Below are positions 1 through 9,490 of a DNA stretch of 64,000 bases, in pieces. Positions within the stretch are counted from its first letter, which is position 1; each line of letters starts with the position of its first letter. The stretch comes from a virus: the IMG/VR virus record IMGVR_UViG_3300032087_005453, positions 43,437 to 107,436 of that record. One strand, 5' to 3'. The translations under genes and the position numbers were made by a program. The notes beneath the pieces were generated by a model. That model made no database searches. It saw only the letters and a program-made list of their open reading frames with translations, and was not told where the DNA came from.

Positions 1-176
1 AAAAACATTCTGTAGTTAACTTTTAAAGACTAAGGAATACTTACTTGTTGGTTAGTTTAAGATTTAAGATCAGTAAAGGGAAGGAAATCCCAAGGATAAT
101 ATGATTATCACCTCCCTTTAATGAACATGGTCTATGTGGTTAGTTATTTCTAATAATATAAAAAGGACAAAAAAAC

Positions 177-527
177 ATGATGACAGAAAAGGCAAAGGTC
201 GTAGAAAAACGATGGGGTCGAGAAATCTGGTTTGCTAATAATGAGGAGAAAGATTATTGTGGTAAGATTCTCGAAATCAAACCAGACAGCCGGTTAAGTC
301 TACACTTCCACATGATTAAAGAAGAACATCTTTTCAACTTGGAAGGAGATTGTCAGGTCACTTATCTAACAAGAAGTGGAGACACAATAAAATTTGACCT
401 TCAGGTTGGTTGTTCTTTTCACATTAGACCTGGACTTGTTCATCGATTTTCTACAAAGAATGGTTGTAGACTTTTAGAGGCTAGTACTTTTCATCGTGAT
501 AGTGATAGTTATAGAGTGCAACGATGA
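177..527 (+). CDS. Cupin-fold sugar isomerase-like protein (mannose-6-phosphate isomerase / D-lyxose isomerase-like)
   Basis: KRWGREIW...YCGKIL...LSLHFH..KEE...HIRPGLVHRF...EAST cupin metal-binding pattern; first gene of the sugar cluster. Confidence 0.75.
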   Translation: MMTEKAKVVEKRWGREIWFANNEEKDYCGKILEIKPDSRLSLHFHMIKEEHLFNLEGDCQVTYLTRSGDTIKFDLQVGCSFHIRPGLVHRFSTKNGCRLLEASTFHRDSDSYRVQR

Positions 528-616
528 GCCTATCAATAGAAGATATTTCGTGTTGTGCAAGGACCGATTGAAGATAGTACATTTCATCTTGACTCAGATA
601 GTTATAGGGTATTTAT

Positions 617-1309
617 ATGACATGCTTTAGTATAGTTTTGGTTTCTAGATCCAGACCGTTAATGATGTTAGACTTATACAAGTCAATAAAAAATACATCA
701 AAACTTGATAACGAAATACTTATAGGTTTAGACAACGATGATGATCACTTAAATGATTATATAAAAATATTCTCAGAAATTGAAAATGTACAGTTGTTCA
801 TAGAGGAAAGAAACTCAAATCTGCACACTAGGATAAATCAATTATTACCTCATGTTAAAGGTAAATATATATTTGTATTAAATGACGATTGTAAATTGAT
901 TGAAAATTCTTGGGATAAATACTCTATAGAATTGTTAGATTCTTTTGGTGATATAGTATATGGTAAAACATACGACAATAGTATTGATAGAGTTAGCAAT
1001 ACCTATGCCGCATTTCCTATTGTTTCAAAGACGGCTGCTAAAAAACTAGGCTTCATAATGGATGAAACTTTTGGCAATCATGGCTCGGACGTTATGACCT
1101 ATAGAGTTTACGAGGGTGCAAATAAAATCGTTGATTTGCCCGGAGTTAGGATTGATCACGTTCTACACAATTCAGTAGATGCTTTGCAAGATAGGAAAAG
1201 AGATAAAACAGCAGTCGATATGATTAATAGAACTTTTTCTGATGATAAATTTTCAGTTGATAGTCTTTTTAGTATTGATACCTCAAAAAAATCGGAGATG
1301 CTTAAATGA
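617..1309 (+). CDS. Glycosyltransferase, GT2/GT-A fold
   Basis: N-terminal FSIVLVSRSR, EILIGLDNDD, and a DxD-like LNDD after GKYIFV. Confidence 0.75.
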   Translation: MTCFSIVLVSRSRPLMMLDLYKSIKNTSKLDNEILIGLDNDDDHLNDYIKIFSEIENVQLFIEERNSNLHTRINQLLPHVKGKYIFVLNDDCKLIENSWDKYSIELLDSFGDIVYGKTYDNSIDRVSNTYAAFPIVSKTAAKKLGFIMDETFGNHGSDVMTYRVYEGANKIVDLPGVRIDHVLHNSVDALQDRKRDKTAVDMINRTFSDDKFSVDSLFSIDTSKKSEMLK

Positions 1310-2241
1310 AATTATTAACAGTATATAATACTTGTGGTATAAAAGGTGTTGAAAATGTATATTATTATATTGCTGCATTGGAAAGTATTTTTAAACAAGA
1401 AGGTGTTGATCATGATATTGTGGTTTCTGCGTGTTTAAATAAAATTTCTACATTACAAAAAATAAAAAACAAATTTAAAGACATAAGAATAAATTTAATA
1501 AATGATGCAGTTCCTGTTAATGTGAGCTTTAATCATACTTGCGAAATGTTTAATGATTCACATGATGCATTTTTGTATATTGATTCCGGCATAATTATGC
1601 CTGATAAATTCACTATAAAAAAAATGATTGACAGGCTTGAATCTGGACCATATTCTATGGTTTGTTCTAATGTTAATAATGATGTCGGCCAGGCTGTTGA
1701 AGATACACCCAATTACGATAAAGGTGATGGTATACTGACTGATGATGTTGGTTCGTTTGTGTCAGTAGGTTCGTCTTTAAACTTGCATTGTCAAATATTT
1801 TCAAAGCAGCTAAAAGAATTTTATAATAGAATTATTCCCGACATCTTTGCTGGACATTGTACTGAGTCAGTACTATCTTTCCTTTGTGCGGCATTAAAGA
1901 CAAGATGGGCTTTTTGTGATGACGTTTTAGTTTTTCATGCGATAAATATGGATGGGCAAAGTTCCGGTTTCGACCCTTTAAAATGGATGTATGAAAAAAA
2001 GAGACAAACCTATGATCATCCATTTGTTATAGAGAGCTATTTGGATAGATTCACAAATCAATATGCAAAAAGTATAGGGTTAGGATTTGAGGAGTGTCGT
2101 AATGTTGTTATGCACGACAAGGAACAATTTGACGACAATTCATTTTGCATAAATGATGATCTTAAATCTTATATAAAACAAAATCTATTCCTCAAGAATA
2201 GTGAATTTAATTATTCCAACATAAGGAGTACAGTGATATGA
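1306..2241 (+). CDS. Putative glycosyltransferase (GT-A fold)
   Basis: ALESIFKQ...DIVVS...SFN...FLYIDSG pattern resembles GT2; ATGA-coupled to GT neighbours. Confidence 0.55.
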   Translation: MKLLTVYNTCGIKGVENVYYYIAALESIFKQEGVDHDIVVSACLNKISTLQKIKNKFKDIRINLINDAVPVNVSFNHTCEMFNDSHDAFLYIDSGIIMPDKFTIKKMIDRLESGPYSMVCSNVNNDVGQAVEDTPNYDKGDGILTDDVGSFVSVGSSLNLHCQIFSKQLKEFYNRIIPDIFAGHCTESVLSFLCAALKTRWAFCDDVLVFHAINMDGQSSGFDPLKWMYEKKRQTYDHPFVIESYLDRFTNQYAKSIGLGFEECRNVVMHDKEQFDDNSFCINDDLKSYIKQNLFLKNSEFNYSNIRSTVI

Positions 2242-3077
2242 CGCAGACTTGGCTTCGAAACGAACATGTACGCTATATGCGTATTACAGATAAAAATAAA
2301 TGGTGTTGGGATTATAAGATTTCAATAGTTATACCAACGAGAGGAAGGGTTGAGCTTCTTAAAAATTGCTTACTTTCTATTTTAGATAAATCTTTTAAAT
2401 CTAATAGGTTATTTGAGATTATACTGGTTATAGATTATGATGATGATGAAACCTTAAAGTTTGTTAAACAATTTTCAGATATTTTTAAATTTAACTGCCC
2501 AAAGACAAAGATGCAGCTAAACAGTCTTTCGGTTATACTAACTGAGAGATCTGAATATATGCAGCGTGATTATAACAATGTTGGTGCCAATGCCGCAAAA
2601 GGCGATTTGATATTCATTTTAAATGATGATTGTGTTATAACAACAACTAATTGGGATAAAAAACTTATAGATTATTATATTGAAAACAAACCTGATGATG
2701 ATATTATGTTGATAGCATGTAGTGATAATACACATGACGGTGAAAGTTTAGATATCAAAGGTCAAGTAAGAGATAATGAGACTCATGGAGCATGTTTTCC
2801 AATTTTTACAAAGACTTTTTGCGATATATTTAACGGCGTGTTTCCTCCAGAATTCAAGATGTGGTGTGTTGATACGGCCATGAATTCATTATTTAAATCA
2901 TTTGACAGAAAGTATTCTTTTAAAGAATTACATATAGACCATATTAGTTATCATACAAAAACTAGAGAGCCGGATTCTATCAACTATCATGTAGCAAATG
3001 TCAGTAACTCTGCGGTGCCACCAGCTAACATGCAGTATTATTTAAATACTGTGTCTAAATATATAAAAAATGATTAA
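2238..3077 (+). CDS. Glycosyltransferase family 2
   Basis: ISIVIPTRGR..LLKNCLLSI, EIILVIDYDD, NVGANAAKGDLIFILNDD motifs. Confidence 0.85.
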   Translation: MTQTWLRNEHVRYMRITDKNKWCWDYKISIVIPTRGRVELLKNCLLSILDKSFKSNRLFEIILVIDYDDDETLKFVKQFSDIFKFNCPKTKMQLNSLSVILTERSEYMQRDYNNVGANAAKGDLIFILNDDCVITTTNWDKKLIDYYIENKPDDDIMLIACSDNTHDGESLDIKGQVRDNETHGACFPIFTKTFCDIFNGVFPPEFKMWCVDTAMNSLFKSFDRKYSFKELHIDHISYHTKTREPDSINYHVANVSNSAVPPANMQYYLNTVSKYIKND

Positions 3078-3088
3078 GGATCTTTAAA

Positions 3089-3715
3089 ATGCATAAACAA
3101 GAAATAGTCAATTTTGAAAAAGAAATACAAAATCTATATGAGGATGGAGCTATTCGTGGACCTGTCCATCTTAGAGATGGAAACGAACAGCAGTTAATTG
3201 ATATTTTCAAAGATGTTAAAAATGGTGACTATGTCTTTAGCACATGGGCTAATCATATTCATGCATTATTGAAAGGCGTGCCTCCAGAAGCTATCAAGAA
3301 TAGAATTCTAGAAAGTCAGTCTATGGCTATGAATTTTCCACAACATAGATTTTTCACATCAGCGATTGTTGCTGGAATACCGCCGATTGCTATAGGTACT
3401 GCACTATCATTAAAGAGAAGTGGATCAGAAGATAAGGTGTGGTGTTTTGTTGGAGATATGGCTTTTAGGACTGGTATATGTCATGAATCAATTATGTATG
3501 CTATTTCTCACGACCTACCAATTACTTTTGTAGTAGAAGACAATGGAAAATCTGTCGGGACTCCTACACAAGATAGTTGGGGTGAAGTAAAATTGGACAA
3601 ACTGCTTGAATTTTACAATAGCTTGATTGGTAAAGAGTCTAGTGCCGATATAATATACTACCAGTACCTTCTTTCCTATCCGCATTCTGGAACTGGAACT
3701 TTCGTGTCTTTTTGA
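3089..3715 (+). CDS. TPP-dependent E1 alpha-like subunit (short), probably a sugar C-branching enzyme
   Basis: IRGPVHL..GNE and the TPP motif GDMAF...FVVEDN; only 208 aa. Confidence 0.8.
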   Translation: MHKQEIVNFEKEIQNLYEDGAIRGPVHLRDGNEQQLIDIFKDVKNGDYVFSTWANHIHALLKGVPPEAIKNRILESQSMAMNFPQHRFFTSAIVAGIPPIAIGTALSLKRSGSEDKVWCFVGDMAFRTGICHESIMYAISHDLPITFVVEDNGKSVGTPTQDSWGEVKLDKLLEFYNSLIGKESSADIIYYQYLLSYPHSGTGTFVSF

Positions 3716-3723
3716 GGGTTGCG

Positions 3724-4236
3724 ATGAATTATTTAGAAGAAGTAGATAAAGGTATGAAACTGCTTGCCAAGAGTGAAACCACAATTATTGGCCAAGCCGT
3801 TAGCTATAAGGGACATGCAATCACAAGGCAGGCCGCATTTTGGCCTGAAGATAAACGTATTGAACTACCTGTGGCAGAAGAGATGCAAACAGGTATGGCT
3901 TTAGGTATAGCTATTGCAGGTGATATTCCCGTGTCAATATATCCAAGAATGAACTTTCTAATTTGTGCCGCTAATCAATTACTGAACCATTTAGATAAAT
4001 GGGAATTGATGGGTGGTGGAATTCCACATGTTATACTTAAGGCTGTTGTTGGTAGCGAATATCCATTAGATCCTGGACATCAACATAAAGCCAATTGGTC
4101 TTCTGAGATTAGTAATATGTGTGATAAGGTCAAAGTTCACAATCTTATTTATGGACATCAAGTGTTTGATGCCTATAATGATGCAATCAACAAAAAAGGA
4201 GTGCATCTAATTATAGAGCATGGTGATTTGTATTAG
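3724..4236 (+). CDS. TPP-dependent E1 beta-like subunit (pyrimidine-binding domain only)
   Basis: IELPVAEEMQTGMALG...YPRMNFL...NQLLNH...GHQH; ATG 3724 follows GAGG; no transketolase C-terminal domain. Confidence 0.75.
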   Translation: MNYLEEVDKGMKLLAKSETTIIGQAVSYKGHAITRQAAFWPEDKRIELPVAEEMQTGMALGIAIAGDIPVSIYPRMNFLICAANQLLNHLDKWELMGGGIPHVILKAVVGSEYPLDPGHQHKANWSSEISNMCDKVKVHNLIYGHQVFDAYNDAINKKGVHLIIEHGDLY

Positions 4237-4246
4237 AGGTTGCTAG

Positions 4247-4747
4247 ATGACAATAAAAATAATAACAGAAACCAAGCATATCGATAATAGAGGTTCTCTT
4301 TACACTACATTTACAGATTACGATTATGATATTCAGTTTGTTCAGGATAAAATCTCTCAATCTAGATATGGAGCAATTCGTGGATTTCATGGAGATAATA
4401 AAACCTACAAACTCGTCACCTGTATCTACGGAGTAATGCAGTTTGTGACTTTTGACATAGAAACAGAAAAAACCACCCGTTATTTACTAGATGCTAATAA
4501 TAAAGAAGTTGATTCTATTCTTGTTGAACCGGGACAGTTAAATGCTCATCAATGTCTGTCAGATCAATGTATAATGAGCTATAAATGGAGTGAGTATTAT
4601 ACTTCTCCAGAAGATCAATGGACTGTAAAATACGATGACCCAACTATAGATGCTGACTGGTGTGATACCAACTATGTGATTTTGTCTCATAGAGATTCTA
4701 CGGCACAAGACTTTTTGTCACAAAAAGAAGAAGGTGTATTCTCATGA
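4247..4747 (+). CDS. rmlC: NDP-4-keto-6-deoxyhexose 3,5-epimerase (RmlC-like)
   Basis: DNRG, FVQDKISQS..GAIRGFHG, KLVTCIYG, NAHQCLSD, YDDPTI..DW. Confidence 0.85.
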   Translation: MTIKIITETKHIDNRGSLYTTFTDYDYDIQFVQDKISQSRYGAIRGFHGDNKTYKLVTCIYGVMQFVTFDIETEKTTRYLLDANNKEVDSILVEPGQLNAHQCLSDQCIMSYKWSEYYTSPEDQWTVKYDDPTIDADWCDTNYVILSHRDSTAQDFLSQKEEGVFS

Positions 4748-6225
4748 ATTTACTGGTTGTATGTCCAAGTTCAGCCGGATTATACCAAGATCTTCAAACT
4801 GACTTTTCAGCTAAAGAAACAAATATATGGGCGGGACTTTTAGCAAATGCTGTTAGAAAAGAACATGATGTAGTCATCTATGATATGGAGATCGAAAGAC
4901 CTTCTGAGTCTAAATTCATTGATGACGTGAATCAAATAGATCCTGATCTTGTATTATTTGTTGTTACAGGTCAAAACCCTAATGCATCTACGGCAGCAAT
5001 GGATGGTGCTACAAAAGCATCATCTGTGTTATCGGGTCAATTTAAGATAGCATTTGTTGGACCGCATGTTAATGCTTTGCCTGTTGAGACCCTCCAAAAG
5101 CATCCGGAAATAGATATTGTCTTTACTAACGAAGGTGTTTATGCTCTTAAGAATCTTTTAAAAACAGATTTGAAAGACATCACTGGAGTTAATGGAATAG
5201 CCTATAGAGATAATGGAGAAATAAAGCTCAATTCACCAGAAAAAATTGTGCCTCAAAATCTATTAGAACAAGATCTTCCGGGCGTAGCATACGACCTCAT
5301 GCCAAAGCTTGATAACTATAGAACATCGCATTGGCACGCCAACTATCAAGATGATAGATCTCCATTTGCCAGCATCTATACTAGCCTCGGATGTAGTTTT
5401 AAATGTAACTTCTGTATGATCAATATTATCAACAGGACAGAAAATGGTAGTGATAAATATGCTGGAATGTTTAACAAGTTTAGGTATTGGTCTCCAGAAT
5501 TCACCATAAAGCAACTGGACTACTTAGCGGATAAAGGTGTCAAGCACATAAAAATAGCTGATGAATTATTCCTAAATAATCCAAACAAACATGCTATGCC
5601 ATTGTGTGATTTAATTATTGATCGTGGTTACAAATTTAATATATGGGCTTATACTCGCGTCAATACAGTCCGTGAGCACCATCTTGATAAACTTAAAAAA
5701 GCTGGAGTTAATTGGCTTGCAATAGGTATCGAGAACGTCCGTCAAAATGTTAGACAGGAAATAGAAAAAGGTGTCTTTAAAGATGCAGATATTGGTAGTG
5801 TTGTAAAGATGATCGAATCTGCTGGTATACATGTAATTCAAAACTATATTGTAGGACTTCCCGGTGAATCTGCTGATGATGCTCGTGCCAATCTGGAATT
5901 TGCTTTAGATTTAAAATGTGCCGCATATAACGTCTATCCATCTATGGCATTACCGGGATCACAATTGTACACAGATGCTTTTGCTAACAATCAAGAGTTA
6001 CCAAAGGAGTATTCAGAGTTTGGATTTCTTAGCTATGATTGTTTTCCTCTTAGTAATGGAATAATGACCCGCGAAGAAATGTTAAAAATTCGTGATGAAA
6101 ATTGGATGCTGTATCATAAAAATGACCAATTCTTGCTTGCGACTCAAAATCGTTTTGGTAAAATGGCTGTTGACAATATAAGAAATATGGCATCCGTAAA
6201 TATTAAAAGAAAACTATTGGATTAA
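4744..6225 (+). CDS. Cobalamin-binding radical SAM protein (class B methyltransferase-like)
   Basis: CSFKCNFC (CxxxCxxC) after TSLG; N-terminal B12-binding-like region (VGPHVNALP...EG); IADELF, GIE, YIVGLPGE. Confidence 0.85.
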   Translation: MNLLVVCPSSAGLYQDLQTDFSAKETNIWAGLLANAVRKEHDVVIYDMEIERPSESKFIDDVNQIDPDLVLFVVTGQNPNASTAAMDGATKASSVLSGQFKIAFVGPHVNALPVETLQKHPEIDIVFTNEGVYALKNLLKTDLKDITGVNGIAYRDNGEIKLNSPEKIVPQNLLEQDLPGVAYDLMPKLDNYRTSHWHANYQDDRSPFASIYTSLGCSFKCNFCMINIINRTENGSDKYAGMFNKFRYWSPEFTIKQLDYLADKGVKHIKIADELFLNNPNKHAMPLCDLIIDRGYKFNIWAYTRVNTVREHHLDKLKKAGVNWLAIGIENVRQNVRQEIEKGVFKDADIGSVVKMIESAGIHVIQNYIVGLPGESADDARANLEFALDLKCAAYNVYPSMALPGSQLYTDAFANNQELPKEYSEFGFLSYDCFPLSNGIMTREEMLKIRDENWMLYHKNDQFLLATQNRFGKMAVDNIRNMASVNIKRKLLD

Positions 6226-6239
6226 ATAAGGACTATGTA

Positions 6240-7376
6240 ATGGACAGAATAGAATTTGGTGAATTGAGAATCGGACAAAATGCTCGAAGAAATCTTCTTC
6301 ATGTGTGTGATACTAATTGGGCTAGTGGTGGTCCAAAAGTAAAAGACCTTGAAGACAGATGGAGTAAACTATTTGGCTATAAAAGAAGTGTTGCCATGAG
6401 TTCTGGAACTGATGGTGTGACAAATGCCTGTTTGGCACTATATGACCTTAAGGGTGCAACTAGAGGTGTCAGCGAGGTTATTGTTCCAGCATGTTCATTT
6501 ATAGCGACATCAAATGGTGTTCGTGCCGCTGGTCTTATTCCAAGATTTGTTGATGTAAAGAAAGAAACACTAAATATTGATGAATCTAAAATTGAAGAGG
6601 CAATTAATGACAACACAGTAGCAATCATGCCCGTTCACACTATGGGTCGCATGGCCGACATGCACACTATTTGTAACCTTGGTAAGCGATATGACCTGAC
6701 AATTATTGAAGATGCTTGTGAAGCTCATGGTGCCGTATTCAACAATGGAAATGTTTCGGAATATGTTGGTAACTGGGGTGATATGTCCATCTATAGTTAT
6801 TATATTGCACACTTGGTTTGCTGTGGTGAAGGAGGTATGGTATCTACTAATGACGACAATATTGCGGATGTTTTGTCCTCAACAAGATCTCACGGCAGAC
6901 CTTTCAATTCGATTTACTTTGACCACCAACGAACTGGTTTAAATTCTAAAATGAATGACTTGGAGGCATCAATTGGCCTTGAAGCCGTTAGTGTCTTTTG
7001 GGATACTTTTTGGACAAGACACAAGTTTATGAAGACGATGCGTGCGGCAGCAGAAGGATTTGAGGATGTTGCTTGGTTTTCTGAAGAAGATGATGAGTGT
7101 ATAAATTGCCCGCATGGATTCAGTATTACTTGTAAAGAAGAAGGTAAGATAGATAAGGTTAAAGAAACCTTTGACAAATATAATATTCACCACAAAAGGA
7201 ACTTTGGATGTATTCCAACACAGCATCGTGCTTTTGAAGATATGGGGTATTATCTTGGTGATTTCCCAAATGCTGAGTGGATTGGAGATAATGGGGTGCA
7301 TATTGGATGCCATCAGTATCTAACTGAAGAAAATCTTGATAGAATTTGCACCGCGATTAAGGAAGGATTGTCATGA
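6240..7376 (+). CDS. DegT-family PLP/PMP enzyme with His in place of the catalytic Lys: probable NDP-4-keto-6-deoxyhexose 3-dehydratase (ColD/E1-like)
   Basis: SSGT, EVIVPA.SFIAT.N, IIEDACEAHGA; SYYIAHLVCCGEGG has H where aminotransferases have K. Confidence 0.75.
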   Translation: MDRIEFGELRIGQNARRNLLHVCDTNWASGGPKVKDLEDRWSKLFGYKRSVAMSSGTDGVTNACLALYDLKGATRGVSEVIVPACSFIATSNGVRAAGLIPRFVDVKKETLNIDESKIEEAINDNTVAIMPVHTMGRMADMHTICNLGKRYDLTIIEDACEAHGAVFNNGNVSEYVGNWGDMSIYSYYIAHLVCCGEGGMVSTNDDNIADVLSSTRSHGRPFNSIYFDHQRTGLNSKMNDLEASIGLEAVSVFWDTFWTRHKFMKTMRAAAEGFEDVAWFSEEDDECINCPHGFSITCKEEGKIDKVKETFDKYNIHHKRNFGCIPTQHRAFEDMGYYLGDFPNAEWIGDNGVHIGCHQYLTEENLDRICTAIKEGLS

Positions 7377-8329
7377 ATATTTTAATAACTGGTGCGGGAG
7401 GGTATATTGGAGCTAAGCTAACACAGTTCCTTGCCTGGAAGCAACACAATGTCGTTTGTTTTGACAACTTTTTCTTTAATCACAAAACCTTGGTTGAGGA
7501 TGTATTTGATAGACCAAACTGTAAATTATATGAAGAGGATGTTACTGAATGGTCTGACAATCTAAAAAGAGAAATCAAAAATGCAGATGTAATATTTCCA
7601 CTAGCTGCACTTGTTGGAGCACCTTTGTGTGACAAGTTTCCAGAAGAGACTTTGGATTTAAACCAAAATTGGTTCAACAAACTGCTTGACTATGTCGATA
7701 ATCAAGTTATCATCTATCCAAACACTAATTCTGGATACGGAAGCACAGGAACTGACATCTGTACAGAAGAAACACCATGCAACCCCCTTTCTTTATATGG
7801 AAAAACTAAAGGAGAGGCAGAGCGGATTCTTCTGGAAGATTATGACAATGCTGTTTGTTTTAGACTGGCGACGGTTTATGGTCGTAGTCATAGACAACGG
7901 ATGGACCTGCTCGTGAACAACCTAGTGTATTCTTCAATGATCAATAGAAGATTAGAAGTATTTGATGGGCATTTTCGGAGGAACTATATTCATGTAGATG
8001 ATATTGTTTCTGCTTTTACTCATGCTCTAGATAATTTTGAATCTATGCGTGGAGAAGTTTACAATCTTGGTAATGATTCTGTTAACATGTCTAAGCTTGA
8101 TCTTGTAAAAAAGATATGCCATGAAACACGGGCTGTATGGGTTGAGGTTCAAGATAAAACTGATCCAGATAAAAGAGATTACATTGTTAGTAGTCAAAAA
8201 CTATACGACACGGGTTTTAAACCAAAATACAATTTAGACTATGGAATTAAACAAATGATGATGGTTTGTTCTGAAAATTGGAAGAACTTTGCCGATGTCG
8301 ATTACATGAGTATGTGTAAAAATTATTAA
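7373..8329 (+). CDS. NAD-dependent epimerase/dehydratase/reductase (extended SDR)
   Basis: GAGGYIG Rossmann motif, YGKTK (YxxxK), RLATVYG, RNYIHVDD. Confidence 0.9.
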   Translation: MNILITGAGGYIGAKLTQFLAWKQHNVVCFDNFFFNHKTLVEDVFDRPNCKLYEEDVTEWSDNLKREIKNADVIFPLAALVGAPLCDKFPEETLDLNQNWFNKLLDYVDNQVIIYPNTNSGYGSTGTDICTEETPCNPLSLYGKTKGEAERILLEDYDNAVCFRLATVYGRSHRQRMDLLVNNLVYSSMINRRLEVFDGHFRRNYIHVDDIVSAFTHALDNFESMRGEVYNLGNDSVNMSKLDLVKKICHETRAVWVEVQDKTDPDKRDYIVSSQKLYDTGFKPKYNLDYGIKQMMMVCSENWKNFADVDYMSMCKNY

Positions 8330-8343
8330 TATTTGGAGAAGTT

Positions 8344-8577
8344 ATGGTATATTATAGACTTGTTATTAAAAAAGATGAAAATGGAATATCAGCCTCGGAG
8401 ATCGTAAAGCAGTTTGTGGATGAGCAGTCATACAATGACATGGTTTGGGATAAGCCGATTATATCTCATGAGTTTGATGGAATGCTCCACTTTATAGCAT
8501 TAGATCCTTCGTATCTTGAGGCATTCTTAGCAGGAATGCAAACATATGTAGAGTTAACCAATGAAGCGGTATCTTGA
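8344..8577 (+). CDS. Hypothetical protein
   Basis: GGAG RBS upstream, fills the operon gap. Confidence 0.6.
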   Translation: MVYYRLVIKKDENGISASEIVKQFVDEQSYNDMVWDKPIISHEFDGMLHFIALDPSYLEAFLAGMQTYVELTNEAVS

Positions 8578-9490
8578 GTGTGAATGTATTTTTAGTGACT
8601 TCTGCGAAAGACATGTTGAATCAAAAACCATTCACGAGTATAGGAGATGTAAATCTTCTGACTTTTACAGAAGACAAAAAGATATTATGATTTATGGGTT
8701 TACACTAGATAATCTCTCTACAGAAGAAGGCATATTTGTAAAAAATATTCAATCAAATCTAAAAAGATTATATGATCTTAAACAGAATTTAAGCAAAGAA
8801 TATACAATATCTCAAGATGATTTATCAAATACAAAGTTGTACGTATTAGGTCATAGTCAAGCAAAATTAGATTCGCTACCTAAGCTTGAATATACTCAAA
8901 AAATTAATCTTGAAACACTAGATTATGGAAAGTATTCAAAATATGCTGTTCCAGAACTGTGTGAAAACAGATTCTACTTTTATGACTTTGAATGTCCAGA
9001 AACAGTTGGGACAGTAACTTCATCATGGAGAGAAAAGTACGTAATACCTAATGTGCAAATTGAGAACTTCTTCGACTGGGAAGAATCAAAGGTGTTGTTC
9101 AGCAATCCAGATGAGAATATTGTGCTGTGTGCTTTTTATGCACATTTACAAAAATACGAAAATCAGAATAAATACTTTGAGGATTTATTGTATGATTTAG
9201 GACTGCAAGATTTACGCAATGTAGGCGTATGGGCGAATCAAATCATCTGTAAAAGGGAGATATTCCAAGAGTTAAAAGAATTCATGATAGAGGCAATTAT
9301 CAAGCTCTTGGATCTACACAAAAAGTGTGATCTATTTTCAGGCCCACAACACCCCAAATTTAATCTAGTAAGATACAACAATAGAGGTTTGGGGTTGCTT
9401 GCTGAAGAGATATCGGCACGATGGTTTTGTAGCCGCGAGGATATTACTACCATAGAGGTCCAAAAAATTAACTCTAGTTGGTATCACTAG
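8561..9490 (+). CDS. Hypothetical protein with N-terminal Cys/His motif; body weakly resembles glycosyltransferase-associated proteins
   Basis: CECIFSDFCERH...H...C at the N-terminus; ELCE.RF, WANQIICKREIF, R.LGLLAEE patterns. Confidence 0.5.
   Translation: MKRYLECECIFSDFCERHVESKTIHEYRRCKSSDFYRRQKDIMIYGFTLDNLSTEEGIFVKNIQSNLKRLYDLKQNLSKEYTISQDDLSNTKLYVLGHSQAKLDSLPKLEYTQKINLETLDYGKYSKYAVPELCENRFYFYDFECPETVGTVTSSWREKYVIPNVQIENFFDWEESKVLFSNPDENIVLCAFYAHLQKYENQNKYFEDLLYDLGLQDLRNVGVWANQIICKREIFQELKEFMIEAIIKLLDLHKKCDLFSGPQHPKFNLVRYNNRGLGLLAEEISARWFCSREDITTIEVQKINSSWYH

Noticed and set aside
3089-4236. Pyruvate dehydrogenase as an auxiliary metabolic gene
   Set aside because: Subunits truncated, no E2/E3, and sugar-pathway context
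6240-7376. Perosamine-synthase-type aminotransferase
   Set aside because: The catalytic Lys position is His
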